A stretch of 64,000 nucleotides of DNA from assembly GCA_014905635.1 (NCBI GenBank), contig JABVCE010000008.1:930001-994000 (forward strand), read 5' to 3'. Both the position numbers and the translations under genes were made by a program. Each line of letters begins with the position of its first letter. Position 1 is the first letter of the stretch. The notes under the pieces are model-generated. The model saw only the letters and a program-made list of their open reading frames with translations, did not search any database and was not told the DNA's origin. The stretch comes from Scenedesmus sp. PABB004 (lineage: Eukaryota). Shown in pieces: positions 13,418 through 26,234 of this stretch.

Positions 13418-13878
13418 GCTGCGCTGAGGCGCGCCGAAGCTGGCCAGCGCGCGCAGGCGGCGATGCAACAACACAGCGGTTGAAGGCTCTCATCTCCCCC
13501 AACACCGCGCCCCTGCGCCGATCTCAGCCCGCGCCGGCGCCGCCGCCGCCGCCCAGCAGCTGGGCCAGCGCGGCGCGCAGCCTGGGCATGTCGCGCCGCG
13601 CCGCCCACTCGGCCGCCTTGCGGTAGCCCCGCGCAAACGCCGCCACTGCCGGCTCGCCCGGCCCCAGCCCCGCCAGGCGCTGCACCGCCGCGTCCAGCTC
13701 GTCCAGCTGCTCCGCCGGCGCCGCGAGGCAGTTCACGCTCAGCAGGTCCCACAGCACGTCTCCGGCTGCGGCCACGCTGGTGAAGGGCGGCAGCGCAAAG
13801 CCGGACGGCAGCGGGCAGTCGTCGTGCGCCGCCTGCTGCGCCCCGCCCGCGGCAGCCGCCGCCTCGGCCACTGCAGCC
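13418..13878. repeat. 461-bp direct repeat, copy 2
   Basis: Partner of 9208-9668. Confidence 0.95.
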
Positions 13879-16800
13879 AGGGCCGCCAGGGCTGCTGCGG
13901 GTGCGCTGGCCTCGGCCGCCTGCTGTGCGGCGCCCGGCGCAGCCGCTTCGCCGGCCGCGTCGCCGCCATTGGTCGCAGCTGGCAGCCCGCCGCCACTGCC
14001 GCCGTCGCCGCCGTCGCCGTCGCTGCCGCCACGGCACGTGCTGAACACCGCCAGTGCTGCCGCCGCAGCCGCGGCCGGCGCGACGCTGATGGGCACCTCG
14101 CCCGCCACGACGGCCTGCAGCACCTGCACCGACACCGTGTGCGCCTCGCTGGCGCTGACGGGCGCGCCGGTGTGCAGCCTGGCCAGCGCCTGCACCCAGC
14201 CGCCGCAGCCGCCGACCCGGGCCTCGCTGCGCCCGCCTGCGGCCGCACGCCCGGGCGGCTCCGGCGCCAGCCCCGGCGGGGGCGGCGCCTGGTGCCAGCC
14301 CGCCTCCGCGCCCGCCTGGCCGCTCGCCTGGTGCGCGAGGCCGCTGAACAGCCCCATCCCCTCCATCTCCTGGCCCAGCGCAGCCAGCGGCTGCACCGCG
14401 AGCTCACCGCCCGCGGGGTCACTCGGCTGCGTCACCAGCGCGTCGGCCGCCGACAGCGCCGTCGCCGCCGGGCTGGCCACGTGGACGCGCAGGTGGTTGG
14501 GCGCCGCGGCGCTGAACCCCACACGCGTGCAGCCCTGCACGTCTCCGAAGAGCAGGCTCCCACCGCGCCAGAGCTTGTTGGCCACCACGCTGCAGGGCAC
14601 CGGGCCGGCTGCGCGCGGGCGGCGGGCGGCCGGGTGCGTCAGCCCGCGGGCGGCCAGCTGGGAACGGCGGCGGCGGCGGCGGCCAGCAAGCAGCCACGAC
14701 GCACCCACGCGCTGGCCGTCCCGGTGCACCGACGTCTGCAGCTCCCTGTCGTCGCTGCCGCCAAACGCGCGCAGCAGCGAGGCGGGGATGGGCAGGCTGC
14801 TCTCGTGGCCCAACGTGATGGCGGCGCTGCGGCGCGACTCCTGCGCGGCGGCACGGCAGCAGCCACACTCGTCCGCGCGTCGCGCGGCAGCCAAGGGCGG
14901 GTACGCGCCCCGCATGCGCACCCAGCGCGGCAGAGGCCGGCGGCCCAGCCGCGCTGCCGGCCGAGCGCCAGGACACCCACCCTGAACGCCTCCTGGTGCC
15001 ACGCCGCCGCCGGCAGCGCGTCCTCGGTCGCGCCCGCCGCCGCAATGCCCGCCGGCGACAGCAGGTGCAGCTCCAGGCGCTGCGCGCCGACCGCGCGCCA
15101 CCGGCTCACCACGTGGCCGAGGAAGCGCGACAGCCCCGCCGCCGCGCCGTTGGTGACGCGGATGACGCCGCGCCCCCACTGCCCGACCAGCGTCACCGGC
15201 AGGCAGCCGCGCGTGTCTGCATGCGGGGTGCGGGGAGCGGCGCGCGCGCGCAGTCGGGCGCCGGGATCCGTGGCGGCGCCGGCGGCCGGGGCTGGGGCCT
15301 GCGCCGCCGCGCACAGCGCGCGGCGGCCGCGCGCGCCGCACCCTGCAGCGCGTCGTCCACGTAGACCACGAGCGGCACGGTGGCAGGCAGGCGGTCCCAC
15401 ACCGAGCGCACCAGCTCTGTCCCGATGCCCAGCCCGCGCGCGAGCTTGGCGCTGGTCAGCACGTACGCCTGCCCGGCCGGCGCGGCAGCGGCGTGCGCGG
15501 CGTGAGCTCGAGGCGCCGCTGCAGCGCGCGGGGCTGACGCAGCCTGTCGTGCGGGCTGGAGCGCCGGCGCACCGTGATGAAAGTGACGCCCGCGGCCGGC
15601 GGCGCCGCCGCGGCGCCCGCCGCCGCGGCGCCCGCCGCCGTTGCCGCCGCTCCCGCGGGGCCCCCGTGCGCTGCCGCGGCGCCGTCCGCCGCGCCGCCCG
15701 CCGTGCCCGCCTCGACGCCGTCGACCGCCGCAGCGCCGCCGCCCTGCTCCGGGCCGGACAGGTGCAGCTGCGCGGCGCGGCGGGGGGAAGGCTGTCAGCG
15801 CGGCGGCGCCCCAGACCGCTGCCGTGCGCGCCGAGGGTGCGGCCCCCCAGCCAGCGGGCGCACCTGGACGAAGCAGGGCGCCGCCGTGCGCAGCTCCAGC
15901 ATGCGCCGGCCCGCCAGCTGGCTCAGCGTGGGCCTCAGCGCTGCGGGCGTCACGAGCTGCGAGTCGGCGTAGACCGTGACCGGCAGCGGGCCGGCTGCGG
16001 GCGGCGGGGGCGGGGTGACGCGTCGGCGGGTGACGACCTTGCGCAGCCGGCGCGGCGGCCAGCGCCGCGGGCGCCCAGCACGCGCAGCGGCGGCCGCCTC
16101 ACCCACGCGCGCGCCGGCGCTGAAGACCGAGAGCAGCACGCTGGCGTTGAGCACGGGCTGGCCAAAGGCGGCCGTGGTCAGGCGCTTGCTCAGGTAGATG
16201 CGGCGCAGGTGCGACTTGCCCAGGATGCCCTGTTCGAGGCCGCCGTGGCGCTGGTCGCGCGCGCGGCGGCGGCGGCAGGCGGCGGCAGGCGGCGGCAGGC
16301 GGCGGCAGGCGGCGGCAGCGTGGGCGCAGCCTGGGAAAAAGGGCGGGCGCGCAGCTGGCGCACAGGGCCACAGGCGCAGCAGGCTCACCGCGTGCATCGC
16401 TGCACTGAACCAGGCGGACGCGGGCACGCTCGCCTCGGCCGCGCGCGCCGCCGCGGCGTCGTGGCCGAGCCGCGCGACCGCGCCGGCGCTGTCTGCGCTG
16501 CCGCCCCCGCTGCCGCCGCCGCCGCTGCAGCCATCGAGCTGGTTGTCCTCGCCGTCCTCGTCACCCACGTCGTCCTCCTCTCCGTCGTCCTCCCCGCACA
16601 CATACTCATCATCATCGCCGTCGCGGCCGCCGCAGCGCCCCGAGGCGCCGCCGTCGCTGTCGCTGGCGCTGCCCCAGCCGCCGCGCGGCGCGGCGCCGCG
16701 GCCGGGGCGCCACGTGTCCCGCCAGAAGCGGCGCACGACCTGCGCGAGAAGCCGGCGCCGGGGCTCGACGTCCACCTGCGCGGCGCGGGGCGCCGGCGGC

Positions 16801-17481
16801 GGCGGGGCTGCGGGTCGCGCCACGCGCGCGAGCACAGCGGGGGCGCCGGCGTCGCGGCGCGGCGCGTGCGCCGCCGCACCTCGAGGCGCGCCGAGAGCTG
16901 CGCGAGCAGCGCGTCGAGCGCGGCGCCCTCCCAGCAGGCGCCGACGAGCTCGTCGTCCAGCTCCTCCAGCAGCTGCTCCATCTCAGCAACCAGCGCGTCG
17001 TCGTCCAAGCCCACAAGGGCGCCGGTCGGCGCCCCGGCGCCCCCTCGCGCGCCGCTCGCGCCGGAGCCCGGGTGCCGCGGCTGCGCGGGGCCCGGCACGG
17101 TCGGCGGCGGCGTGCGCGAGGCCGGCGCGCGGCCGCCGCCGCCGAGCGCGCGCGCGCGCTTGGCGTCGAGGCCGCCGCTGCCGTCGGCCGGGTCCCGCCC
17201 GTGGGGGTTGGCCGGCAGGGGGCGCTTGGCGGGCACCGCCGCCGCCGCCGCGCCCGCGCCGCAGGGGCCGCCGGGCGCGCACAGCGGGCCCCGCCGGCGT
17301 CGGGCAGCAGCGCGGGCGGCAGCGCGGGCGGGCCGTCCTCCAGCAGCTCCGGCGCGCCCGCCCACGGGCCCGTGGCCCATGCCGGGGCTGCGGGGGCCTG
17401 AAGCTCGGCCGCCCACGCGTGCTCGGCGGCGTCGGCCGCGAGCCGGTCCCTAACGAGGTCGAAGAATTTCTCCGCGTCCAT
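13524..17481 (-). CDS. Unknown family, member C (divergent, about three repeats)
   Basis: N-terminus MDAEKFFDLVRDRLAAD resembles MAEAPDFPALLHQRLAAP. Shares WVQALARL..QVLQAVVAGEVP..AAAAAALAV and the C-terminal domain. Repeat e.g. YVLTSAKLARGLGIGTELVRSVWDRLPATVPLVVYVDD. Frameshift near 17290. Confidence 0.7.
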
Positions 17482-17683
17482 GACTAGCGAGGCATGAATC
17501 CGCGCTCGAAAACGCGGCTCGGGGGACTGGAGGGCGGTGCGCGGCCGCCGCGCGTGCGCCCGCGCCGCGTGCCTGAGCGTTGCGGCAGGGAGGGGCGTGT
17601 GGGGAGGCCTGGATCGCGGATCGGGGCGCGAAGGCTGCTGACGGCGCGGTCAACACGCGGCGGCCCCGCCGCCGATCGCGCGC

Positions 17684-20600
17684 TCACTCCCGCCGCTCCT
17701 CCGCCGCCGCGGCGCGGCCGTCGCGCTCGGCGCCGGTGTCGGCGCCGCGGTCAGCGGGCATGGACAGCGCGCGCGGCGGCAGCGCCCGGCCGGCGCCGCC
17801 GCCGTGCACGGCGCCGAGGCCGCCGCCGAAGCGGCCGCTCGCGGGGAGCAGGCCAAAGTGGACTCGGACCCCGGGCGGCGCGCCGCCGCCGGCCGCCGCT
17901 GCCGGCACCGAGTGCGCGGCCAGGCTCCCGGCCGCGTGGCCGCCGCCGGCCGGCACCGACCGCGCCGCGAGGTGGTGTGCCTCCTCCGCCGCAGGCCGCT
18001 GCCCCGCCGCGCGCGCGCCGCAGTGCGGGCACACGCCGTGGCCGCCGCCGGGCTGGCCCGCGGCGGCGCCGCCGGCGGCGTCGGCCGGCGGCTGCGAGTA
18101 GCCCGCCTCGAGCGCGCCCGCCGCCGCGCCCTGGCGCAGCGCGTCGACCGCGCCCGGCGCGACCGTCGCGAGTGCCGCGACCTCGCGTAGGCTGAGCTGC
18201 CACAGCGCGCAGCTCGACAGCGCGCGCAGCGTGTTGGGGCGGCGGCTGAGCCACGGCAGCTCGTCGGCGAGGAGGCAGCCCTCCCCGACGAGGCACGGCG
18301 GGCGCAGCAGGTCAAACTGCGACGCGGCGCGGCGGCCGTAGCAGTGGAAGCACGATCGCAGGGCCGTGGGCGAGGCCTCGCGGCGCGCTGCGCCCGGCCG
18401 CCACTCGCCGCGCACCTGGCGCTCGCCGCGCACGCTGAGCAGCTCGCCGTCCTGCAGCAGCCACAGGCAGTCCGCGTCGTCGCCCTCGCGGCACAGCTCG
18501 TGCCCTGAGGCAGCGGCGCCGATCAGTGAGGGGCCGGGGGGGGGGGGGGGGGCGGCAGCCGCGCCGTGCTGCGCGCGCTGGCCGCGGCGGCGGCGCACCT
18601 GGCGCGATCTCGGCCGGCACGAGCCGGCTCGCCAGCTGCTCGCGCAGGCCGTCTCGCAGGCCCGCGAGGCACGGCACGCTGGCGAGCAGGTCAGCGGTCA
18701 GATAGCTCGCGACCTGCGCCGCGCAGGCATCAGCGGCTCAGCTCAGCGCGGCCCAGCGTGCGGCGCGTGGGCGCGACGGCGGGGCGCGGTGACGGCGCTG
18801 CGCGCGGGGCCCGCGCACCCGGCCGCGCAGGTGCTGGGGCAGCTCCGCCAGGATCTTGGCCTCCGTGGGGTGGTCGCGGTGCGCGAGCCACACCTGCTGG
18901 CGCGCGGCGCGGCGCGACGGCGCGCGTGCGCTTCCCCGGCGGCCCGACGCACGCGCGCGCGCGCCAGCCGCCCACCGCCTGCGCGCCGCGCCCCTGCGCG
19001 GCGGCCGCGCCCCCGCGCAGCGCGCGCGGCGCGCCTGCGTGTAGTAGTTGACCACGGCGCGCGCGAGCGGCCCTGGCAGCCCCCGCCGCGCGATCCACTC
19101 ATCCACCTGCGCGGCAGCGGGAGGACGGCGGCGCAGCAGATTCAAGTGAGCCTGCGGCGCAGGCGGCGGCGGCTGCCGCGGCGCGGCAGGAGCGCGGCCC
19201 CCGGCGCGGCGCGGGCGGTGAAGGGGCCAAACAAACTCACCTCTGTCATCTTGGCCCTGAACGCGTGCGCCCGCCGCGCGTCGGCGGTGGCCTTGGTCAG
19301 CAGCTCTGCCAGCGTCGTGATCAGCAGCGCGACGAGGCTCACGCCTGGGGGGGGGGCAGGGCGGGGCCGGCGGCGTCATGTGGGAGGGAGGTGCTGTGAC
19401 CCCAGCCCCAGCCCCGGCCAGGCGGCGCGGCGCTCAAACCGGCGTTCAAACCGGCGCTGAGTCACCTGTGAGCATGAACACGATCGCCAGCACCGCCTCC
19501 AGCGGCGACGTGGGCGTGATGTCGCCTGGGCGGCGGCGCCCGCGGCGGCGGCGGCGGCGGTGGCGTGGCGCGGCGCGGGCGGCTGGCGCCGCGCGGGCCC
19601 CGGCGCGGCGCGCGGCGCTGCGGGCGCGGGCGCTGCGGGCGCAGCGAGCCCCGGCGCTGCGAGCCGCCGGCCGCACCGTAGCCGGTGCCCGTGACTGTGG
19701 TCATGACCCAATAGACAGAGGCCAGGTACTGTTCGACCGGTGGCGCGGCGAGCGGATCGGTGCGCTCGCCGCCCGACCTGCGGCGCGGCGCCGGCGGCGC
19801 GGGGCGCGGGCGCGGGCCGGCGGTCGCGCGGCGCGCGGCGCGGCGCGGCGCAGCGCGGCGCGGCGCAGGCGGTGCGCGGCGGGTCCAGCCGCGCGGTGCG
19901 CGGCGGGGGTGCGGCGGCCGCACCACCAGAGGACCTTGGACGCCCACGTCTCCCGCGACGGCTGCATGAGCGCGACCTGCGCGGCGGCGCGAGGCGGGCG
20001 GGCGTGCGTCGCGCCGGCGCCGCCCCCGACAGGAGCCCCCGGCGGCGGTGGCCGCGCGCACGAGCCAGGCGAGGCAGGCGAGGTTGTGCACGATGACTGC
20101 CACGCTGTAGAGCATGACAAACAAGTACTGCCACACGACGGTGATGTACCTGCGGCACGCGGCGGAGTATGAGCCGCAGCCGGGCGCCGCGGCCGGCCGC
20201 GGTGTGGCGGGCGGGGCGCCCGTTCGCGTCAGTCAGGCGCGTGGGGTGCGCCGCCCGGGCGGCGCGCCGCGGGTGCTGCGCGGCGCACCGCGAGAGCGTG
20301 CTGCTGCCGCCGGTGACCAGGCTGTCAACAAAGAGAAGACGGATGAAGCTGCCCAGCCGCAGGAGGCGCAGGAGCATGGTGAATGTGAGGCACCGGTTCG
20401 CCCAGTAATTTTTGACCCCCGCGCTCACCATCACGATCTTTTTTTGGGGGGAGAGGGGCACAGTGCGGCGGCGCGGCGCGGCGCGAGTCGGCGGCGGCGT
20501 GCGTGACCGGCGCGGCGCGTGGGCGGCACGGCGGCCGCCGCCGGGACCGCGCCGCCGCCGGGACCGCGCCGCCGCTGCGCGCCTGGTACACGACCGGCAG

Positions 20601-21260
20601 CACCGCAAAGAGGTCGACCGGGAAGGAGCCGTGCGCGCAGTAGAAGCGCGCGACGTGCTGCGCGCGCCGCGGCGGCGGGCGTCAGGCGTCGTGGACAGGC
20701 GTCGTTGTGCGCGGGCGCGGGGGCGCGCGCGCGGCCGCCGCGCTGCGCGGCGCACCACGCCGTCCAGCAGCAGTCTCTTTTTGTTCTGAAACTCCAGCAC
20801 AAACCCAATCTGCGCCGCCGCCAGGGACGGGCGCCGCGGGTCGCCGCGAGGCCCGCGCCCGGCCCCCCGCGCCCTCGGATGCGCCCCACGCGCCACGCGC
20901 CGCGCCGCGCGCCGCGCCGCGCCGCGCCGCCGCCCGCCCCGCGCCGCGCCGCGCCGCGCCGCCGCCCGCCCCGCGCCGCGCCGCGCCGCGCCTGGAATGA
21001 GAGCAGGAGATTGATCAGGTAGATGAGCCCCGCGCCGAGGTCGATGGAGGAGCACCAGTTGAGGCTGCCCAGCGCGGGCGGGCACCAGCTGACAAAGAGG
21101 GGCATCACAAACGCGATGTAGCTGCAGCGGGAGGGAGGGAGGGAGGGAGGGGGCGGAGAGGGAGGGAGCATTGGCGCGGCGGCGGGAGGGGAGGCGGGAT
21201 CGGCGCGGCGGCGGGCCTGGCCGCGGCGGCCGGGCGCAGCGCGCGGCAGCAACGGCCAGC

Positions 21261-21291
<31 letters not shown>

Positions 21292-22479
21292 ACACGCTCA
21301 CATCGCGTCCATCGCCAGCATGAGCAGCGACCATAGCCACGCCACGCGGTGCTCCGGGGACAGCACGGGCAGCAGGAAGATCGACCGCCGCACCCGCAGC
21401 TCCACGCTGACCTCGCCCGGCTCCGCGGCGCCGTCGCCGCCCACGGCGCCGGGCTCGGGCGCGGCCGCGGCCGCGGCCCGGCGGCTGCGGCGCCACCAGG
21501 GGCGCCGCGGCGCGGCCGCGGCGCCGCCGCCGGGCGCCCGGCCCACGGCGCCGTTCCCGGGCGCGGCCGCGCCGGGTGCTGCTGCGTTGGGCAGGCCCGC
21601 GCTCGCTTTGGTGAGCTGCGGCGCGCTGCGCGAGCCGTCTGCGCTGCCCGGGGCGCCGGCCTGCTGCTGCTGGTCCGGCAGCCGCTGGCTGCGCAGCGAG
21701 CTCGACAGCTCCTGCAGCACCGGCAGCCCGCCGCCGCCGCCGCCGCGGCCAGACGCGCCCGCCGCGTCGCTCGCGGGGGCCACCCAGCGCGCGTTCGTGC
21801 TGGGCCGGCGCAGCTCCGCCTGCAGCGCCACGGGCATGGCGTCGGGCGCCATGCGGAACCTGCGACGCCGGCGGCGCGCATCGGTGCGCCGCCACGACAC
21901 GCCGCGCGCGGGCGCGGGCGCCCCCCGCCTGGCCCGGCCCGGCGCGCCGCCGCGCCGCGCCGCGCCGCGGCGCGCGCACGTGAAGGAGGTCGGGTCGAGC
22001 CACACCTCGCCCTCCAGCCCCAGCTCTGCCGCCGCCGCGCCGGCCTGGGCCACCGCGAGCGCGGTGTAGCGGTCCCAGGTCTTCTTGCTGACCTTGTACA
22101 CGCGCGTCACGTGGAGCATGAACACCTCCTCTGCGCCCGCCAGCGGCAGCACGCCGGCGCGGCGGGCGGCGAGCGGTGAGCGGCGGCGCGGGGCGGCGCG
22201 CGGCGCGGCGCGGGGCGGCGCGGGGCGGGCGCGCGCACCCGCAAGGCCCTGCGCCGGCGGGTCGGCCACGGCGCTGCCGCCAGCGTCGAGCTCGTCCAGG
22301 TCCACCGGCAGCGTCACGCCCACGTCGCCGGCGGCTGCGGCGGCAACGACTGAGCCGGTCGCACCCGAGCCCGCGCGCGCGGCCACGACCGCCGTCGCCG
22401 ACCCGGCGCGGCGGCGCCGGCCGGGTGCCCCCAGCCCGTCCGGCTCGGCAGCCGGGGGCGCCGACCCGGCTCGCCACAT
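17684..22479 (-). CDS. Voltage-gated channel with cyclic-nucleotide-binding domain (Shaker/EAG/HCN superfamily)
   Basis: S4-like MLLRLLRLGSFIRLL; pore QYLASVYWVMTTVTGTGYGDITPTSPLE; C-linker ILAELPQHL; CNBD ELCREGDDADCLWLLQDGEL..LVGEGCLL..RRPNTLRALSSCALWQLS. Confidence 0.92.
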
Positions 22480-23025
22480 GGCGGCGGCGGCGTCAGAGAG
22501 GCGTCAGGCCGCCGTGTTGCCGCTGAGCGGCCATCGACGCCAGGGCCGGCCGGGCGGGCGACGCCGCTGCTGCGCTGCCGCAACCGCTGCCCACACGGCG
22601 CCCAGCCAGCCGCCTCGCGTCTCCAGGTGTCTGTGCGATCCGAGACCGCGATGTCGCCACTGCACCAGCGGCCCCCCGCCCCCTACTCTCCGGCAGCGGC
22701 GGCGCGCTGCTGCGCTGGCTCCGGCCCCTACAGCGGCGCTGGCGCGCCTGGGCAGGCCCGGCTGATCGCGTGCCTGCGAGAGCGACCCCGGGGCGGCGCC
22801 TCCCGCGCAGGGTGTTGCCGCACGGTTCGTTCGCTGCTGCTGCGGCACGGAGCGAGGGCGCTGGCGTGTGCGGCGCGCGCTGGCGGCGAGGGCTGGACGG
22901 CGCAGCGGACGGCCAAGGGCTCACCGAACCCCCGCGGCCCGACCCCGCTCAACCGCCGCCGCAACTCAACCGCCCGCCGTGCTGTGCGCGCCGCCCGCCG
23001 CGTGCTGCACCAGCGCCGCAAGCGT

Positions 23026-23270
23026 GGTTCCCAACTGCCGCAGTAGCGTGCCCAGCAAGAGACACATCAAGCAACCGCAATACGACACTGGACCCGCATG
23101 CAACGGCACCTCGCACGCGAGCGCCTTGCACCGCCCTCCGCCCGCGCGCGCCGTTAGCCACCGACCGCGTGCTGCAGCAGCTCGCGCAGCACCTGCTGTA
23201 CGCGCGGCGTGTTGCGGCGCGCCACCCAGTTGCGCAGCCTGAGGTAGTTGAGCTCAAAGCGCGCCAGCCG
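23026..23270. repeat. ~240-bp diverged direct repeat (3' coding end plus 3' flank of gene B); partners 26626-26865 and about 12786-13260
   Basis: Shared ggttcccaac..cgacactggacccgc..cgcgtgctgcagcagctcgcgcagcacctgctg..gttgagctcaaagcgcgccagccgg. Confidence 0.9.
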
Positions 23271-26234
23271 GCCGCCCGGGTCGGCCCCGGCCGCCGCCTG
23301 TCCGGCCAGCCCGCGCAGGGCCTCCATGGCCGCCTCCAGCTGCTCCAGCTGCTCGTCCGGCGCGGCCAGGCAGTCCATGTCCACGAGGCCCCACAGCGCC
23401 GACTCCGCCGCCTCCAGCCCGGCATACGCTGGCAGCGCAAAGCGGGGCGGCAGCGGGCAGTCGTCGTGCGCCTGCTGCGCCCCGCCCGCGACAGCCGCCG
23501 CCTCGGCCGCTGCAGCCGGGGGCGCCTTGGCTGCTGCAGGTGCGCTGGCCTGGGCCGCTGGCGAGCTCGAGCTCGCGGGCTGGGGCTGCGCCAGGCTGCT
23601 CTGGTGGGCGCCCGTGACCAGGGCGGCGGCCACGCCGCCACCGCGCGTGCCTGCTGGTGCTGGCCGCTGCAGCTGCACTGCCGCCGGCTGCTGGGCCACG
23701 GCCAGCGCCGCTGCAGCAGCGGCTGCGGGCGCCACCTCAGCAGGCACGTGCCCGGCGACGATGGCCCGCAGCACCTGGATGGGCGCGCCGCGCGTCTCGC
23801 CAGGCGGCGCGCCGCGCTGCAGGGTGGCCAGCGCCTGCCGCCAGTCGCTGGCGCCGTCACCTGCCCCGCTGCTCGTGGTTGCCGCTGCGGCCGCCCCGCC
23901 GCTGCGGCCCAGCATGGCCGGCGGCGCCGGCTGTGCGGGGGCCTCGGCGCCGCACCGCGTGCCGCCACTGGCGTCGTCCTCCTCGTCGCTGCCCTCACCC
24001 TCCACCTCGCTAGGGCCGTTGCTGCCCGCACCGGCCCCATCGGCACCACGGCTGGGCTCGCCCTCCACGTGCAGCGTGATGCTGGCGCCGTCGCTGGCGA
24101 CGCCCGTCAGGCGGCGGCCCTTGAACGCGTGCAGCCCGGCGGCGCCCAGGCCGCGCAGGCGGTATTCGCGCCGGTAGCTCGGCTCACCTAGCTTGCCGGG
24201 GCTGGCCGGCCCGAGGCACACCGTGGTGCTGGCCCGCTGGCCGTGGCCCCCTGTGTGCAGGGCGGCAGACGGCACCAATGAGAGGCGCAGTTGCAGCTGC
24301 CGGCGCGTGCCCGGCGCAGCGCGGCCGCCGCTCACCGCGCGCCGGCAGCTCCGTGGGCACGCCGCCCACGCACAGCCGCAGCGGCACCTCCAGCGGCCGG
24401 CTGAGCGCGCGAAACAGCGGCTCCACGAAGCCCCTGTTGAGGTGGACGCCGTTGTTGTGCAGAGAGCTGTCAGAGAGCACCAGGTCCTGCAGCGTGGGCA
24501 GGGCGGCTGGCCAGTCAGCGCTTGGCTGCTCAGCAGCAGGCCAGGCTGCCTGCTGCATCTGCACCACATAAGGAGCCGCACCTTGGCCAGAAAGCGCTCG
24601 CCTGCCGCCAGCCCAGGCGGCGGCAGCTGCGGCTGGACGCGGCCCGCCGCCGCCAGGTGCAGCGTGATGTCGGCGCCGTGGCTGGACATGGCCGTCACTT
24701 TGTGGCCTTGGTACGCCGCCAGCCCGGCGGCGCGCAGGCCGCGCAGGCGATGCTCCCTCGACGCGTTGGTTGCGTTCCAGGTGGACACCAGGAGCACCAT
24801 GCGGCCGGCGGCTGCGAAACAGGGCAAGCGGTGCAGTGAGCAGCGCGGGCGGCTGCGCAGCCGGACAAGACCCAGCCGCTCACTCTGTGCACGCCGCCGT
24901 CGCGCGCACCTGGCAACTCCACCGGCGCGCCGTCCACCACCAGCCGCAGCGGCAGCTCCAGCGGCTGCACCAGCTCGCCAAACTGGGAACACACCAACGC
25001 GGCACGCACATACAGACCAGTTCTGACCGTGTTCATGGTCAGCATCTGGCTCTGCGGATTGCAGAGGCGGCGGCAGCCCGTCAGCAGCGCTCCTGTGCTT
25101 GAGCAGCAGGCAGCCAGCAGCCGCTCATGAGCTCACCGTGGCCACGGACGTCACAGCGCGGGAGGGCGCGCCGCCCGCACCGCCACTGAGCCCCACGCCA
25201 GCTGGCTCCGCCTCGTCGTCGTCCGGCTCCTCGCTGCCGCCCTCGTCGCCGCTGCTGCCCTCACTGGCGCTGGCACTCTGCTCGTCCTCTGTCACCCACC
25301 GCCGCGGCTTGCGCTGCCGCCGCTGCGACCGCCGCAGCAGCCCCTCTTCAGGCACCGCCTTGCTGTCCCGCTGCTGCGCCACCACAGGCGGCGGCGGCGG
25401 CGGCGCTGCCACTGAGCCCGGCAGGGGCGGCGGCCGGCAGCGGTCCACGTCCGCCTGGCTGCAGCTGCCCCGGCGCACGAGCTTGCTGAGCGCCCTCATC
25501 TGCCGGTCAAGCGTGGCCAGCTGCCCCGCCGTGAACGCGCCGCCGCCCCGGCCACCGCCGTTCAGCGCCGCTGACTCGAGCGGCTGCGCTGTGACAGCGC
25601 CGGCTGCCGCGACAGCAGCCGCCACGGGCGAAGCGCCACCGTCCCAGCCGCCTGTGCGCGGCGCGGCGAGGCTGCGGCTGCCGCTGTCGCTGCTCGCCGT
25701 GCGCAGCGCCGGGGCCAGCGGCGGCGTGCTCAGCGCCGGGGGCAGGCGCGGCTGCGCCCACAGTCGCTGCTGCTCCAGCACGTCTGCGGGCGTGCCTTCA
25801 GCTGCACGCACAGCCCAAGCGCCTGCCGCTGCCGCGAGGCTACCGCCGAGGCTGTCGCCCGCTGCGCTGCTGCCGGCGGTGGCGCGCCAGCGCTTGGCGG
25901 CCGGGCTGCCGCCGCTGCCGCTGCTGTCGCAGCCAGCCTCGCCGCCATGCGCCAGCGGGCGCTTGGCCGGCGCCGGGCCGCCGGGGGGCAGCAGGCAGGT
26001 CAGGCCGCCGCCAGCCTCCACTGTGTGCGCGTCGCCGCTGCTGAGCTGCTGAAGCGCCGGCGACTCGTCCTCCAGCACCGTCACGCTCGCCAGCGCGGCC
26101 TCCCAGGCGCCCTGCGCCCACGTGGCCGGCGTGCCGCTCTGCTGCTGCGCCGCGCTGCCGTCGGCAGCCGCTGCAGCGCCGGGGGCCGCCAGGCGCTGAT
26201 GGAGGAGAGCTGGGGAGTCCGGCGCCTCGGCCAT
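23154..26234 (-). CDS. Unknown family, member B (appears intact)
   Basis: MAEAPDSPALLHQRLAAP; NLS-like PAKRPL, PAAKRWR and RRQRKPRR; repeats MLTMNTVRTGLYVRAALVCSQFGELVQPLELPLRLVVDG and LVLSDSSLHNNGVHLNRGFVEPLFRALSRPLEVPLRLCVGG; stop TAA at 23154. Confidence 0.75.
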
